This document shows positions 30,813-40,745 of a stretch of DNA of 64,000 nucleotides, piece after piece. How positions within the stretch are numbered: the first letter of the stretch is position 1; every line of letters begins with the position of its first letter. The translations under genes were made by a program, and so were the position numbers. The DNA is from a virus: positions 1-64,000 of the IMG/VR virus record IMGVR_UViG_3300032298_001311, one strand, 5' to 3'. A model generated the notes under the pieces. The model was not told the origin of the DNA. It did no database searches and saw nothing but the letters and a program-made list of their open reading frames with translations.

Positions 30813-31499
30813 TTATTTCCAATTTTCAATTACCCAAGGGTCTTTAACAATATGTGGATTAGGATCACCATGAAATACAGAAATACAGCTATTAGGATAA
30901 ACTGTTGGTTGTTTAATGCTAGTAAAATTCCTTTTACCATTAATAAGGGCTAGATCCTGTTTATCTCTCATTTCCCATTTATAACTTTTAATCCATTCGT
31001 CAGGCCAAAACTTTCCTTGATTAGATAATAAAGTATAAAGGTAATCTTGATCTCCGAAATTTTTGGTTATTATATTATTTCGATTAGATTGGAAATTATC
31101 CCATATCCAATGATTAATTGCTGGATTAAATTTAAAAACACTACTATTAAATTTTCTCCATCCAGGATTCATATGCCTTGTAAAATCTCTTATTATAACA
31201 AAGGATCCTTCTTGGTAATCCCATAGTTTATCGATATTATTATGAATAACAATATCTAAATCTAAAAATAAAACAGTGCCTTTTAGATTTAATTCGTTAC
31301 TGAACACATATGTTTTAAACCACCATCCTTGTATAGGTAAAGCCGGTAAAGGTTTTGTTGTTATGTGTTTATCTATTCCTGCATTATTTTCTGTTAAACA
31401 TATAAAATTAAAAGGCAAAGTACTATGTCTTTTACACATATTATATAAGACATTAACATACTGGGGTGAGTATTTGTTTCCCCATTTAAGGCAAACAAT
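30813..31499 (-). CDS. GT-A fold glycosyltransferase; true N-terminus lies upstream of the first ATG
   Basis: In-frame IVCLKWGNKYSPQYVNVLYN precedes the ATG at 31439; WWFK and FLDLD (DxD) motifs; GDQD; VFHGDPNP. Confidence 0.75.
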   Translation of the reverse strand: MVCLKWGNKYSPQYVNVLYNMCKRHSTLPFNFICLTENNAGIDKHITTKPLPALPIQGWWFKTYVFSNELNLKGTVLFLDLDIVIHNNIDKLWDYQEGSFVIIRDFTRHMNPGWRKFNSSVFKFNPAINHWIWDNFQSNRNNIITKNFGDQDYLYTLLSNQGKFWPDEWIKSYKWEMRDKQDLALINGKRNFTSIKQPTVYPNSCISVFHGDPNPHIVKDPWVIENWK

Positions 31500-31528
31500 A
31501 TTTCTTTCTTTACTTTGTATTTCTCGAT

Positions 31529-32371
31529 TTAATTGTTTTTTGCTAATGAGTCTAACTGCCTTAAGTTCTTTAATATCTCTTTTGCATCGTGAAGTTTAAT
31601 CATATTGGCACCGTCGCTAGGAGCACGATCTGGATCTTCATGTATCTCCATAAACACGCCAGCGACACCTATAGCACAAGCAGCTTTAGCAAGAGGCCAA
31701 ACCATTTCACGATCACCACCACTACTAACACCATTTGCTCCGGGATGTTGAACACTGTGAGTAGCATCAAAGATAACAGGATAACCTGTTCGCTTCATAA
31801 CCTCTAGTCCTCTAAAATCTACAACTAGATTATTGTATCCAAATGTTGTTCCTCTTTCACAAAGCATTACATTTGTATTACCTGTATAGGTTATTTTGTT
31901 TACAATATTAGTCATTGAATGTGGATCTAGGAATTGTCCTTTTTTAATATTAACGGGTAGTCCGGTGTGGCCAGCAGCAAGTAATAAATCAGTTTGACGA
32001 CAAAGAAAAGCAGGAATTTGAATTACATCAACTACTTGTTTAACATGTTCAATCTGCCAAACTTCGTGAACATCTGTAAGAACAGGTAAATCATACTCAT
32101 CTTTTATTTCTTTGAGTATTCTTAACCCTTCTTCTATTCCCACACCTCTTCCTGAATTCAAACTACTTCTATTTGCTTTATCAAAACTGCTTTTGTAAAT
32201 TAGTTTAATCTCTAATTCTTTGCAAATTTCCTTGATAGCAGCCGCAGTATAATGAGCATGATCCCTACCTTCAATTTGGCAGGGACCAGCTATTAAGACA
32301 AATGGTAATTTATTATCTATTAATGTTCCGTGAATATTAATCAAATTCGTTATCCTCTCTATGTCCAACAC
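31529..32371 (-). CDS. kdsA: KDO 8-phosphate synthase
   Basis: IAGPC, YKSSFDKANRS, QIPAFLCRQTD, KKGQF, CERG, FDATHSVQ motifs. Confidence 0.93.
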   Translation of the reverse strand: MLDIERITNLINIHGTLIDNKLPFVLIAGPCQIEGRDHAHYTAAAIKEICKELEIKLIYKSSFDKANRSSLNSGRGVGIEEGLRILKEIKDEYDLPVLTDVHEVWQIEHVKQVVDVIQIPAFLCRQTDLLLAAGHTGLPVNIKKGQFLDPHSMTNIVNKITYTGNTNVMLCERGTTFGYNNLVVDFRGLEVMKRTGYPVIFDATHSVQHPGANGVSSGGDREMVWPLAKAACAIGVAGVFMEIHEDPDRAPSDGANMIKLHDAKEILKNLRQLDSLAKNN

Positions 32372-32843
32372 GCATAGCCATGTTGGAATCAGTTTCTCTA
32401 ACTTCTACTTTACAACACCAAATACGCTTTGCTTCTTCAACACCGTAGTTCGGCAAAAAGATGGTATTTACATATTCGTATAAAAAGTCTGCTAAACCTT
32501 CACATCCAGTTTTAGAGACCTCTGTGATTTTCGCTAACCCTAGCGTACCGAGTCGCAATAGTTCATCACGTTGTGGGTCATCTTCAGCAACTAATAGCGT
32601 ATGGTCAAACCAATCCTCAAGCAATGCTTTTAGTGGTTTCAGACCGCCAAAGTCCATGCACCAGTTGCGAGCGTCTAGCGTATCGCACTCAAATTCAAAA
32701 TGAAAAGATAGTGCGTACCCATGTATTAAACGACAGTGGCTATCAGCCCTCCATTGACGATATGCTACTGGTCCTATTTGTCTATAAGTTTTTGTTGAAA
32801 TATATTTTGTCATCTCTTGCTCCACCGATAAGTTTGATGACAT
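32337..32843 (-). CDS. queD: 6-pyruvoyl-tetrahydropterin synthase / QueD family
   Basis: SHCRLIHGY, MDFGGLK, FDHTLL, GCEGLA, VRET; start may be MTKY at 32813. Confidence 0.85.
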   Translation of the reverse strand: MSSNLSVEQEMTKYISTKTYRQIGPVAYRQWRADSHCRLIHGYALSFHFEFECDTLDARNWCMDFGGLKPLKALLEDWFDHTLLVAEDDPQRDELLRLGTLGLAKITEVSKTGCEGLADFLYEYVNTIFLPNYGVEEAKRIWCCKVEVRETDSNMAMRVGHREDNEFD

Positions 32844-32933
32844 GCAGAATATTTAAAGAGGGTTGAATGCCTAAGTCCTCTAATAATATTTACATAATAA
32901 TGTATACATATTATAAAATCAAGTAAATATTTC

Positions 32934-33161
32934 ATGGGTAAAAAACAAAATATAGATTGGGATAATGAAGAATATCAAATAAGCTCTGAATATAAAGGAG
33001 TTAAAAAAAGTCTTCGTAGACAACGAATCGAAATTTGCGAATCTTGTGAAATGATGACTAAACTTAAAACCTGTAGTGAATGTGGCTGTTTTTTACCTGC
33101 AAAAGTATATTTTAAAATGTTTGATTGCCCTCTTGGAAAATGGCCATCTAAATACTCATAA
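32934..33161 (+). CDS. Small Cys-rich putative metal-binding protein
   Basis: CESC...CSECGC...CPLGKW. Confidence 0.65.
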   Translation: MGKKQNIDWDNEEYQISSEYKGVKKSLRRQRIEICESCEMMTKLKTCSECGCFLPAKVYFKMFDCPLGKWPSKYS

Positions 33162-33204
33162 GCTAATACGATAAATATGATTAGTTCGATCGAGGATCAT
33201 AAGT

Positions 33205-35700
33205 ATGGCTAATTTAAACCCAGTTTGGTACAATATATTTCGTAAGATAGTTTTAAAGCCGGATAATATTACATTAGAAGCAGAAACTTATAATGATACC
33301 ATAAACATACTTCGTGGACCAGGAGTTGCTTGGCAAGGATATTCTGATGAGGATACATCGTTGGCAACAGGTAATGATACTTTTATGATCGATGTTGATT
33401 ATGATATTTCAATTCCGTTAGCTAGTACAGATTTAACTCTTGAAGATGTTAATGGAAATACTAGTGCAGTTACTTTTACAGCCGGCCGTGGTGTCGAAAT
33501 TCTTCGCAATAGTGCTCAAGAATTAGAATGGAGATCATACTCTGTTACAGAAACAGATACTCTTCAAACAGTTACAGAACGTAACAATATTACAAATAAT
33601 AAAATCTTTGTCAATAATATTGAAGTAGGAACAATTAGTTCTAGTTTTACCGAGGACGGTTTTCCAAGTTATGATGCCGGTCACAATTTAGTAGGAGATG
33701 GAACACTAGATAGTCCTCTAAAATTTAGTCCAGACTATCAAGATTCTCTAATGGCGAATAGTAGCGATCAGTTTGAGTTTACAGCATTAGGTCCGGGTAT
33801 GTTAGCATATTCTGCTAGTTATGTTTTTGATACTGGGGCAACTACAGGTTCAGTAACATTAGAAAGAGAAGATCCTAGTAGTCCTGGCACCTGGGTTGTA
33901 TTAGATATAATTAGTGGAGTATCTGTAGGACACTCTTACGATATACAAGGAATTTATAGTGAATCCTATAGTGGTAATGTTAATTATAGATTAACGTATG
34001 TATGGACAGGAAATCTAGGAGTTATTACTTGGCATGTTCAAAATACATTTGAAGGCGGAGCATATACTCCAATTACAAGTCCACAACTTAAAACTGATAC
34101 AGATGCAAAAACAGTTGATATAAATGATTTACAATTTTTTCAAAACAATATAAGAACTACAGTTTCTAATACAGATATTGTTCTCGATCCTGCAGGTGCA
34201 GGTAAAGTGCTTTCGTTATCTAATATTACTGCTCCAACTTTTACTGGAGATGTTACAGGTAATCTTACAGGTAACGCAGATACAGTAACTAACGGTGTAT
34301 ATACAACAGGTTCATATGCTGATCCAAGTTGGATAACAAGTTTAGATGCAGCTAAAATTGTAGGATCAATTCAATTAAGTGATATTACTATTGATGGTGA
34401 TTTAAGATTGTTTGATAATGTTATTACTACATCACAGTCAAATTCAGATATAGTATTAGATCCAAATGGAACAGGAAAAGTTAGAATATTATCCAATATA
34501 GTTTCGGCAGGATTTGAAGGAAATTTAATAGGTAATGCAGATACCGTAACTAACGGAGTTTATACAGTTGGATTATACACAGACCCGGCATGGATAATTT
34601 CTTTAGACGGAACTAAAGTTACAAATGCTGTTCTTACTACAGGTTCATATGCTGATCCAAGTTGGATAACAAGTTTAGATGCTGCAAAGATTGTAGGTGA
34701 TATTCAATTAAAAAGTTTTATAATAGACAACAGTATTCGCATTGATGGGACTCTTATTGAAACAATTGTATCTAATGCTAATCTTGAACTACGAGCAAAT
34801 GGTTCTGGAGTTGTTTATATTTCTGATAGTTTAACAGTTACAGATGCAATAACATTTAATACTACTACAAATAATCAAAGTTATACAACTACCGGTGCAG
34901 GCACAATTACTATTACATCAGGAACTACTGGTAATATTAATAACATGAATATTGGTGCTAGTACAGCAGGAACTGGAAGATTTACATCAGGAACAATTAC
35001 AAGTACAGTTTCTTCAACATCTAATACTACTGATATCCCAACAACTGCTTGGGTTAGAGATCAAGGTGGATTTAGATCACAAGTTGTATTCACAACAGGA
35101 ACTTCTACTTGGACTATTCCTACAGGTATTACAAAGATAAAAGTTACAGTTGTTGGTGCCGGCGGCGGAGGCGGCGGTGTTTCTGCTGTTGCGAGTGCTG
35201 CTGGTGCAGGTGGCGGCGGGGGCGGCATGTCTGTTTCTTACTACACAGGACTAACACCAGGTAATACTTTAAGCTATTCAGTTGGTACAGGCGGAACAGC
35301 AGGAACTACTGCTGGTGGTGCTGGTGGTGCTGGTGGTAATACTACGGTATCTGCAAACACAGAAATTATAACAACATTACAAGCAAATGGTGGATCAGGT
35401 GGTAACGGAGCTACAACTAATACTATTACAGTTGGCGGCGCCGGAGCATCGGCAGGATCGGGACCTGCAAATGCTATCCTTATGGCAGGATATCTCGGTG
35501 GAACAGCAGATGGGGGTCGTCAAAAAGCTGGAAATGGTGCAAATGGACCACTAGGAGGAGGCGGCGGCCAAGGCAAGGTTTCTACTACAGGTGCAGGATC
35601 AGCCGCAACTAATTACGGCGCAGGAGGTGGAGGCGCATTAGGTGCTACTGCTAACACCGGTGGAGCAGGATCTGGTGGTATTATAATAATTGAATACTAA
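33205..35700 (+). CDS. Tail fibre/virion protein with internal repeats and Gly-rich C-terminus
   Basis: GNADTVTNGVYT and DPSWITSLD repeats; VVGAGGGGG and Gly-rich tail; CGATAAATA late motif at about 33169. Confidence 0.75.
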   Translation: MANLNPVWYNIFRKIVLKPDNITLEAETYNDTINILRGPGVAWQGYSDEDTSLATGNDTFMIDVDYDISIPLASTDLTLEDVNGNTSAVTFTAGRGVEILRNSAQELEWRSYSVTETDTLQTVTERNNITNNKIFVNNIEVGTISSSFTEDGFPSYDAGHNLVGDGTLDSPLKFSPDYQDSLMANSSDQFEFTALGPGMLAYSASYVFDTGATTGSVTLEREDPSSPGTWVVLDIISGVSVGHSYDIQGIYSESYSGNVNYRLTYVWTGNLGVITWHVQNTFEGGAYTPITSPQLKTDTDAKTVDINDLQFFQNNIRTTVSNTDIVLDPAGAGKVLSLSNITAPTFTGDVTGNLTGNADTVTNGVYTTGSYADPSWITSLDAAKIVGSIQLSDITIDGDLRLFDNVITTSQSNSDIVLDPNGTGKVRILSNIVSAGFEGNLIGNADTVTNGVYTVGLYTDPAWIISLDGTKVTNAVLTTGSYADPSWITSLDAAKIVGDIQLKSFIIDNSIRIDGTLIETIVSNANLELRANGSGVVYISDSLTVTDAITFNTTTNNQSYTTTGAGTITITSGTTGNINNMNIGASTAGTGRFTSGTITSTVSSTSNTTDIPTTAWVRDQGGFRSQVVFTTGTSTWTIPTGITKIKVTVVGAGGGGGGVSAVASAAGAGGGGGGMSVSYYTGLTPGNTLSYSVGTGGTAGTTAGGAGGAGGNTTVSANTEIITTLQANGGSGGNGATTNTITVGGAGASAGSGPANAILMAGYLGGTADGGRQKAGNGANGPLGGGGGQGKVSTTGAGSAATNYGAGGGGALGATANTGGAGSGGIIIIEY
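34306..34682 (+). repeat. Exact 44-nt direct repeat inside the tail fibre gene (34306-34349 and 34639-34682)
   Basis: acaggttcatatgctgatccaagttggataacaagtttagatgc occurs twice. Confidence 0.9.
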
Positions 35701-36250
35701 AATTATTATAATTCCAATTATCCGGTTTCTTCCATTCTTCCGGTTGATGTTGTATCCATTGTATATTTGAATAGTACTCAAAACATTTAGCAAGTTGATG
35801 TATCCAAAATCTAGGATCTATTGCACCACGATCGCTAGAATCATAATTTTTTGTATCTTTATAAACATTGTTTATTTTGTTGTCTACGCCCCAAAGATCA
35901 AATCCATATAAATGAACTTCATCTGGGGACATAGTTCCTGCTATATTACAAGCATGAGGACCAGTCCCCCAATGCCAAGGATCGTCTGCTTTGAGTTCTC
36001 CTTTATATGGAAGGTCGGGAAGAATTTTAATGTTAGGATATGGTAATATCCAATCGTGTCTAGTATAAATTAATTTTTTGAAATTATTATCTATAAGTTC
36101 TAAAATTACTCTTCGATCAACAGCAACGACACAATCTACTTTAAAGTCTCTGTAAGAAGCATTACACCCAATTTTATAGTCAGGCATAGAATTAAAATCT
36201 ATACCTAATCTACTCTCACCATTACCTATTAAGATTATCTTTTTTGTCAT
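35681..36250 (-). CDS. Hypothetical protein, MptE/DUF115-like or sialyltransferase-like Rossmann domain
   Basis: LIGNGESR, GCNA, VAVD, WGTG, LYGFD motifs. Confidence 0.5.
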   Translation of the reverse strand: MTKKIILIGNGESRLGIDFNSMPDYKIGCNASYRDFKVDCVVAVDRRVILELIDNNFKKLIYTRHDWILPYPNIKILPDLPYKGELKADDPWHWGTGPHACNIAGTMSPDEVHLYGFDLWGVDNKINNVYKDTKNYDSSDRGAIDPRFWIHQLAKCFEYYSNIQWIQHQPEEWKKPDNWNYNNFSIQLL

Positions 36251-36539
36251 TAATAGTTTTCTTAATTTCTTTAATTTCTTCTATTATATCTTTTAGACTT
36301 TTACCAGAATTATCTATAATTATTGCAATAGTAGCAATGGTATATATTACCCAAAACCACCATGTTACTGCAACACTTACAAAGAATACTGCTCCTACTC
36401 CATACAGAAAATTCCAATCTCTAAATCCTAAAAAATAAGATATTACAGATGCAGTTGCTATAATAAATGGTACGGTTCTAGCAAACCAATCCCACAGTTT
36501 GACTTGCCATAAAATATATTTCTTTTCTATATTACTCAA
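36222..36539 (-). CDS. Two-TM membrane protein with coiled-coil tail
   Basis: Two hydrophobic segments. Confidence 0.65.
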   Translation of the reverse strand: MSNIEKKYILWQVKLWDWFARTVPFIIATASVISYFLGFRDWNFLYGVGAVFFVSVAVTWWFWVIYTIATIAIIIDNSGKSLKDIIEEIKEIKKTINDKKDNLNR

Positions 36540-38067
36540 CTCCGATTTGACCGAAGCCCCTCCAAATTCCGGGGTTACCGTCTCGAATACATACCCATCC
36601 TATATATCCTGTTTCTTTCGGATCTTCGTTCCATACTATATCGCCTTTACGATATGTTCCTTGTGAAGGAGAGTTAGATCCTACCATAAAAAGTTTATCT
36701 GCAAATCTAATATTTCCTGCTATCTCAAGTTGGGCATTATCGCCTATTGACTGTACACCAATTGACATTTTACCATTAACAATAGCATGGGTTGAAGGAT
36801 TATTTTTATCTCCCAATATAACATGATTATTGTTAATAGAAATACTTTGATTGCTCGCTTGTAATGTTATTTTATCTCCAATAATTGATACCCCGTTAGA
36901 TGTATCAATTAATGCATTTCCAATTGTAAGTCTATTATCGGAAATTTTAATAACTTCGTTGAGATTAATATCTCCTACAACACGTAAAGATTTAAGAATT
37001 CCTAATTCAGTAAGATAACTTTTAGTTACAGTTTGTCCTAGTTCTTTACTAGATAGAACTGATGTTTTGTTTATATAATAGGATTTACCTTCTTCTAGAT
37101 TTATATGTTCACTACTATAGAATTGTTCTGGTTTATTTAAAAGAAGGAATTGTTTAGTTCTTCCTTCTCCAGTAAATATCATACCTTTACCGTAGTTACT
37201 TGTTCCTATAGCCTGAAATTCTAATGGGCTCTGTCTTTCTTCTCTACTGTCTACAATCAGTTCTTTAACAAAGAGCTTACCATTAATAGTAACATCGGCA
37301 TTAGCAGCCTTTGGTTCGCCAAATATAATTTTTCCACCTCTAGTAATTTTCATTCTAGTTGTGTTATCAGTTATAAGACCTAAATCATGGCTAGTAAATG
37401 TTCCTATATTTCCTTGTCCATCGTTAAGACTTCCGAGAACAAGTTCAATTCCATTGTCTACTAAACTGAAAGCAGCATTAGCATGATCGGTACCAATACC
37501 TAATCTAGTTGATTTAGCATCAAAGAATATATGTTCTCCGAGAACAACATCTCCGTCAACTACTAAATCTTTTAATCTTCCAACCTTACGAAGATTACTG
37601 TTAAGAATACTTGGACCTAGTGTATCAACTGAAAACATAGGAGTGCCATCTATAGTGATTTGAGCACCTCTATAAAGATCTAAATTTAAATTTGTAAAGA
37701 TTCTGTTGGGATCTTTTTTAAATATAAAGAAGTCTACGTTTTTCTTATCGTGCTTCCATATCATTCCCTTGCCTTCAACTCCGCCATTATTTGCAGAGAA
37801 TACTACAGGCTCTTTATGTTCTATCTGTGTTTTAGAAATAATTGTATCGGCATAAAGAACAGATGTTTTTATTTGACCTTTTACATCTAGATCTGTTCCA
37901 ACTAAAATACCGTGATGGAATATACCATCTTCAAAAACATCAAGTTTACCAGTTGCTGTTATGCTACCAGTTAAATTAATATTACCTTCAATAGCATTAG
38001 TGCGAATAGAGTCTATTGTGAGTTTATTATCTACAACTGAGTACGTTAATTTCTCTGACACGGGCAT
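36532..38067 (-). CDS. Virion structural protein (beta-rich)
   Basis: Duplicated GKGMIW/F domains; C-terminal GDIVWN.P...GWVC motif; late motif near 38087. Confidence 0.65.
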   Translation of the reverse strand: MPVSEKLTYSVVDNKLTIDSIRTNAIEGNINLTGSITATGKLDVFEDGIFHHGILVGTDLDVKGQIKTSVLYADTIISKTQIEHKEPVVFSANNGGVEGKGMIWKHDKKNVDFFIFKKDPNRIFTNLNLDLYRGAQITIDGTPMFSVDTLGPSILNSNLRKVGRLKDLVVDGDVVLGEHIFFDAKSTRLGIGTDHANAAFSLVDNGIELVLGSLNDGQGNIGTFTSHDLGLITDNTTRMKITRGGKIIFGEPKAANADVTINGKLFVKELIVDSREERQSPLEFQAIGTSNYGKGMIFTGEGRTKQFLLLNKPEQFYSSEHINLEEGKSYYINKTSVLSSKELGQTVTKSYLTELGILKSLRVVGDINLNEVIKISDNRLTIGNALIDTSNGVSIIGDKITLQASNQSISINNNHVILGDKNNPSTHAIVNGKMSIGVQSIGDNAQLEIAGNIRFADKLFMVGSNSPSQGTYRKGDIVWNEDPKETGYIGWVCIRDGNPGIWRGFGQIGVE

Positions 38068-38109
38068 GATTCCTATCGTTATAGATATTTATCATGCCCG
38101 CAGGGCTAG

Positions 38110-39348
38110 TTAGGTGTATGCTTTTAGCAAGATTACATCAGCATTTATACGCCCATTCATCTTGGTTTCTATACTATTCACATCATTAAACAGATTACGC
38201 ATCTTAGTCTTGGGCAGTTTATTAGCATCTTTCAACTGCTCCTCGGGCTTGCGTAGTGTTTTAGCGACACTCTTATTCTCGTTAAAATTAATAATCGTAG
38301 TGCCTTTAACACTCAGTGCCGCAGTATCGCTTGCTACATAAACGCCCAACTTACGAGTTTTTGTATTAAACACCCAAAGCTCAAGTGCAGCAGCAGCTTC
38401 TTCAGGCTTAATACTAACGAGCTTATAACGGTCATCATGCGTCTTAAATTTGAGCTTGCTAACAAGTTTCTCCTTGCTGGGAGACTTTTTAGCTCTAGGC
38501 TTGCGATTAACTTTAGCCTGCTGAAGGAACATATTAGTAGCAGACATGATAGATTCAAGTGCCTCTAACATGCTCTTTAACTGGGCTTTGGTATAAGCAC
38601 GATATCCTTCTACCAATTGAGCATATTCCTCGTCTTTAATTTTAGGAGGATTAACAAGCATAGTAAATTCGTTATAGATAGGCTCATAAAAGTCTCGAAC
38701 AATGCGAGCATGAGCTTGATTAATTTCACGACCCTTGAAGTAGTTGATTACATTCAATCCTTTTGAATCAAATTCAGCAGGGTTAACCAACCAAGTCTCA
38801 AGCCAATCCACAATACCTTCCATGTGAGTAAGACTAGCCTCACGAATACGGTCTTGAATTGATAAAACTGGTCCAGTTACTTTCTCCTCAACTTTCTGAT
38901 TCTTAAGAATCTCTTTGCCTTCAACAATGACAGGATCAATTTTATTCTTTAGCCAAGTTGCTGTATTGTTATCAGGATCTTCGGGATGACTTGCAGGCAT
39001 ACCGCGGAGTAGCATACTAGCAGTAGATCCCATTGTGACAGAGCAGCGATGATCTGGAGCAGCCTTAAATGCTTTAATGTCGTCTTTAGAATATTCATTC
39101 TCACCCATCCACTTTGTAATTTGTGGAATCATTTCTTTAGCGGTGCTAAAGTAGTTGTACCAAAAGTAACCCCAGTGCCGAGTCTTGCGGAATTTTTCAA
39201 AGGACCAAGATTCCCAAGTATCCCATTCCGGTTCTGGACCTGTATACTTCTCGTCCATGAAGAGAGGATTACGAGTGGACTTTTTCTTTTTGACTCGCGG
39301 AGCCAAATTGATCTTACCACCTGCATTTTTCTTTGCTGCTCTAGCCAT
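38110..39348 (-). CDS. Hypothetical myovirus protein
   Basis: 412-aa ORF with sigma70 promoter; KTLRKP motif. Confidence 0.7.
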   Translation of the reverse strand: MARAAKKNAGGKINLAPRVKKKKSTRNPLFMDEKYTGPEPEWDTWESWSFEKFRKTRHWGYFWYNYFSTAKEMIPQITKWMGENEYSKDDIKAFKAAPDHRCSVTMGSTASMLLRGMPASHPEDPDNNTATWLKNKIDPVIVEGKEILKNQKVEEKVTGPVLSIQDRIREASLTHMEGIVDWLETWLVNPAEFDSKGLNVINYFKGREINQAHARIVRDFYEPIYNEFTMLVNPPKIKDEEYAQLVEGYRAYTKAQLKSMLEALESIMSATNMFLQQAKVNRKPRAKKSPSKEKLVSKLKFKTHDDRYKLVSIKPEEAAAALELWVFNTKTRKLGVYVASDTAALSVKGTTIINFNENKSVAKTLRKPEEQLKDANKLPKTKMRNLFNDVNSIETKMNGRINADVILLKAYT

Positions 39349-39371
39349 GAGTCTCTCCTGTTACTTTATAT

Positions 39372-39399
39372 ATTATACACGACTTTAGGAAAGTGTCAA
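39372..39399 (-). promoter_or_regulatory. Sigma70-like early promoter
   Basis: TTGACA-16 nt-TATAAT. Confidence 0.65.
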
Positions 39400-39419
39400 G
39401 TCTGTTTTGGGAGGAAAAA

Positions 39420-39494
39420 TGGTGGGCGATAATGGAATCGAACCACTGACATCTGCCGTGTAAAAGCAGCGTTCTACCTCTGAACTAATCGCCC
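39420..39494 (-). tRNA. tRNA-Val(TAC)
   Basis: Cloverleaf, loop TTTACAC, encoded CCA. Confidence 0.93.
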
Positions 39495-39517
39495 GGTATT
39501 ACTATAAACATATTTAA

Positions 39518-39543
39518 ATGAGTAGCCCCGTAGGGCTACTCAT
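39518..39543 (-). terminator. Intrinsic terminator after the omp gene
   Basis: 11-bp inverted repeat ATGAGTAGCCC-CGTA-GGGCTACTCAT. Confidence 0.75.
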
Positions 39544-39550
39544 ATTTGAC

Positions 39551-40339
39551 TTAGAAGCGAGCGAGTGCAGGAACAACATCACTTGTATTAAAGTGATAGT
39601 TCACACCAGCGCGAACAGTGTTGAACTTTGTACTGTTATTAACATTGTTCAACGAAGCAGGGCTATTAAATAAAGCCTTCTGGTTACCACCGCTGATATC
39701 TGTATAAAGGTATTCTGCCTTAACAGACCAAGCCGGAGCAAAAGCCCACTCGGCACCACCACCAACAGTCCAACCTGTCTGTGTAGCACTCTGGCCGCCG
39801 TATGTACCATTACTGGAAACATTACCGTAAGCAAAACCACCTGTACCATAAACAAGTAAAGTAGGCATTAGCGGAACAACACCGATTCTACCACGAACGG
39901 TACCGAACCAGTTAACATTTGTACCACCAGTGTAACCAGCAACCCAACCTGGGTAAAGTGCATTAACGGCTGCTACATTGTAAGCACCGTTTGAACCACC
40001 GGAAATTGACGAACCCTGGAAGTCAGCTTCAGCACCAACAACAGCTAATGAACCGACTTGCCAGTTGTAACCAACCTGAGCACCACCAATGATGCCAGCG
40101 TTACCGTTGCCATTGCGCTGAGTAATAACATTCTGCCAAGTAACTGGATTATAACCATAAACCTGACCATTGCCGTTGGACTTCCATCCACCGCCAACAT
40201 TAGCACCGACATAAGCACCAGTCCATGTAAAAGCTGGCGGCGGCGGAGCAACTGGAGCCTTGCGTGACGGAAGGTCGGCAGCAACAGCCGAACCAGCAAG
40301 TGCAGTAGTAGCAAACAATGTTGCGATAATCTTCTTCAT
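39551..40339 (-). CDS. Outer-membrane beta-barrel protein, Omp25/Omp31/RopB family
   Basis: Signal peptide, ADLPSRKAP...FTWTGAYVG, WSVKAEYLY, VRAGVNYHF; start MKKIIA at 40339. Confidence 0.88.
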   Translation of the reverse strand: MKKIIATLFATTALAGSAVAADLPSRKAPVAPPPPAFTWTGAYVGANVGGGWKSNGNGQVYGYNPVTWQNVITQRNGNGNAGIIGGAQVGYNWQVGSLAVVGAEADFQGSSISGGSNGAYNVAAVNALYPGWVAGYTGGTNVNWFGTVRGRIGVVPLMPTLLVYGTGGFAYGNVSSNGTYGGQSATQTGWTVGGGAEWAFAPAWSVKAEYLYTDISGGNQKALFNSPASLNNVNNSTKFNTVRAGVNYHFNTSDVVPALARF

Positions 40340-40471
40340 ATAACTTCTCCTCTGTGTTACATTGTCTACTTTAGTGTCTATAAAGGTTATGGTCAAATAT
40401 ATTTTTTAAGATTGTTTAACGATTTTTTAAGGTGTTGCTAATTTAACACATTTTTAATTTGGGAGAACATT

Positions 40472-40546
40472 TGGAGCGGGCGATCGGGGTCGAACCGACG
40501 ACATTCTCGTTGGCAACGAGATGCTCTACCACTGAGCTACGCCCGC
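40472..40546 (-). tRNA. tRNA-Gly(GCC)
   Basis: Cloverleaf, loop TTGCCAA, CCA. Confidence 0.95.
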
Positions 40547-40559
40547 ATTATTTTATTTA

Positions 40560-40633
40560 TGGCTGGGGTGCAAGGATTCGAACCTCGATAGACGGAATCA
40601 AAATCCGCAGTCCTACCATTAGACGACACCCCA
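40560..40633 (-). tRNA. tRNA-Gln(TTG)
   Basis: Cloverleaf, loop TTTTGAT, CCA. Confidence 0.95.
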
Positions 40634-40636
40634 AAT

Positions 40637-40712
40637 TGGTGATCCCCCTGGGGTTCGAACCCAGGACAACTCGATTAAAAGTCGAGTGCTCTACCTAATG
40701 AGCTAGGGGATC
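40637..40712 (-). tRNA. tRNA-Lys(TTT)
   Basis: Cloverleaf, loop CTTTTAA, CCA. Confidence 0.95.
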
Positions 40713-40745
40713 ATAGCCCCTAGCTATTAACCAAGGGCAAAAACT

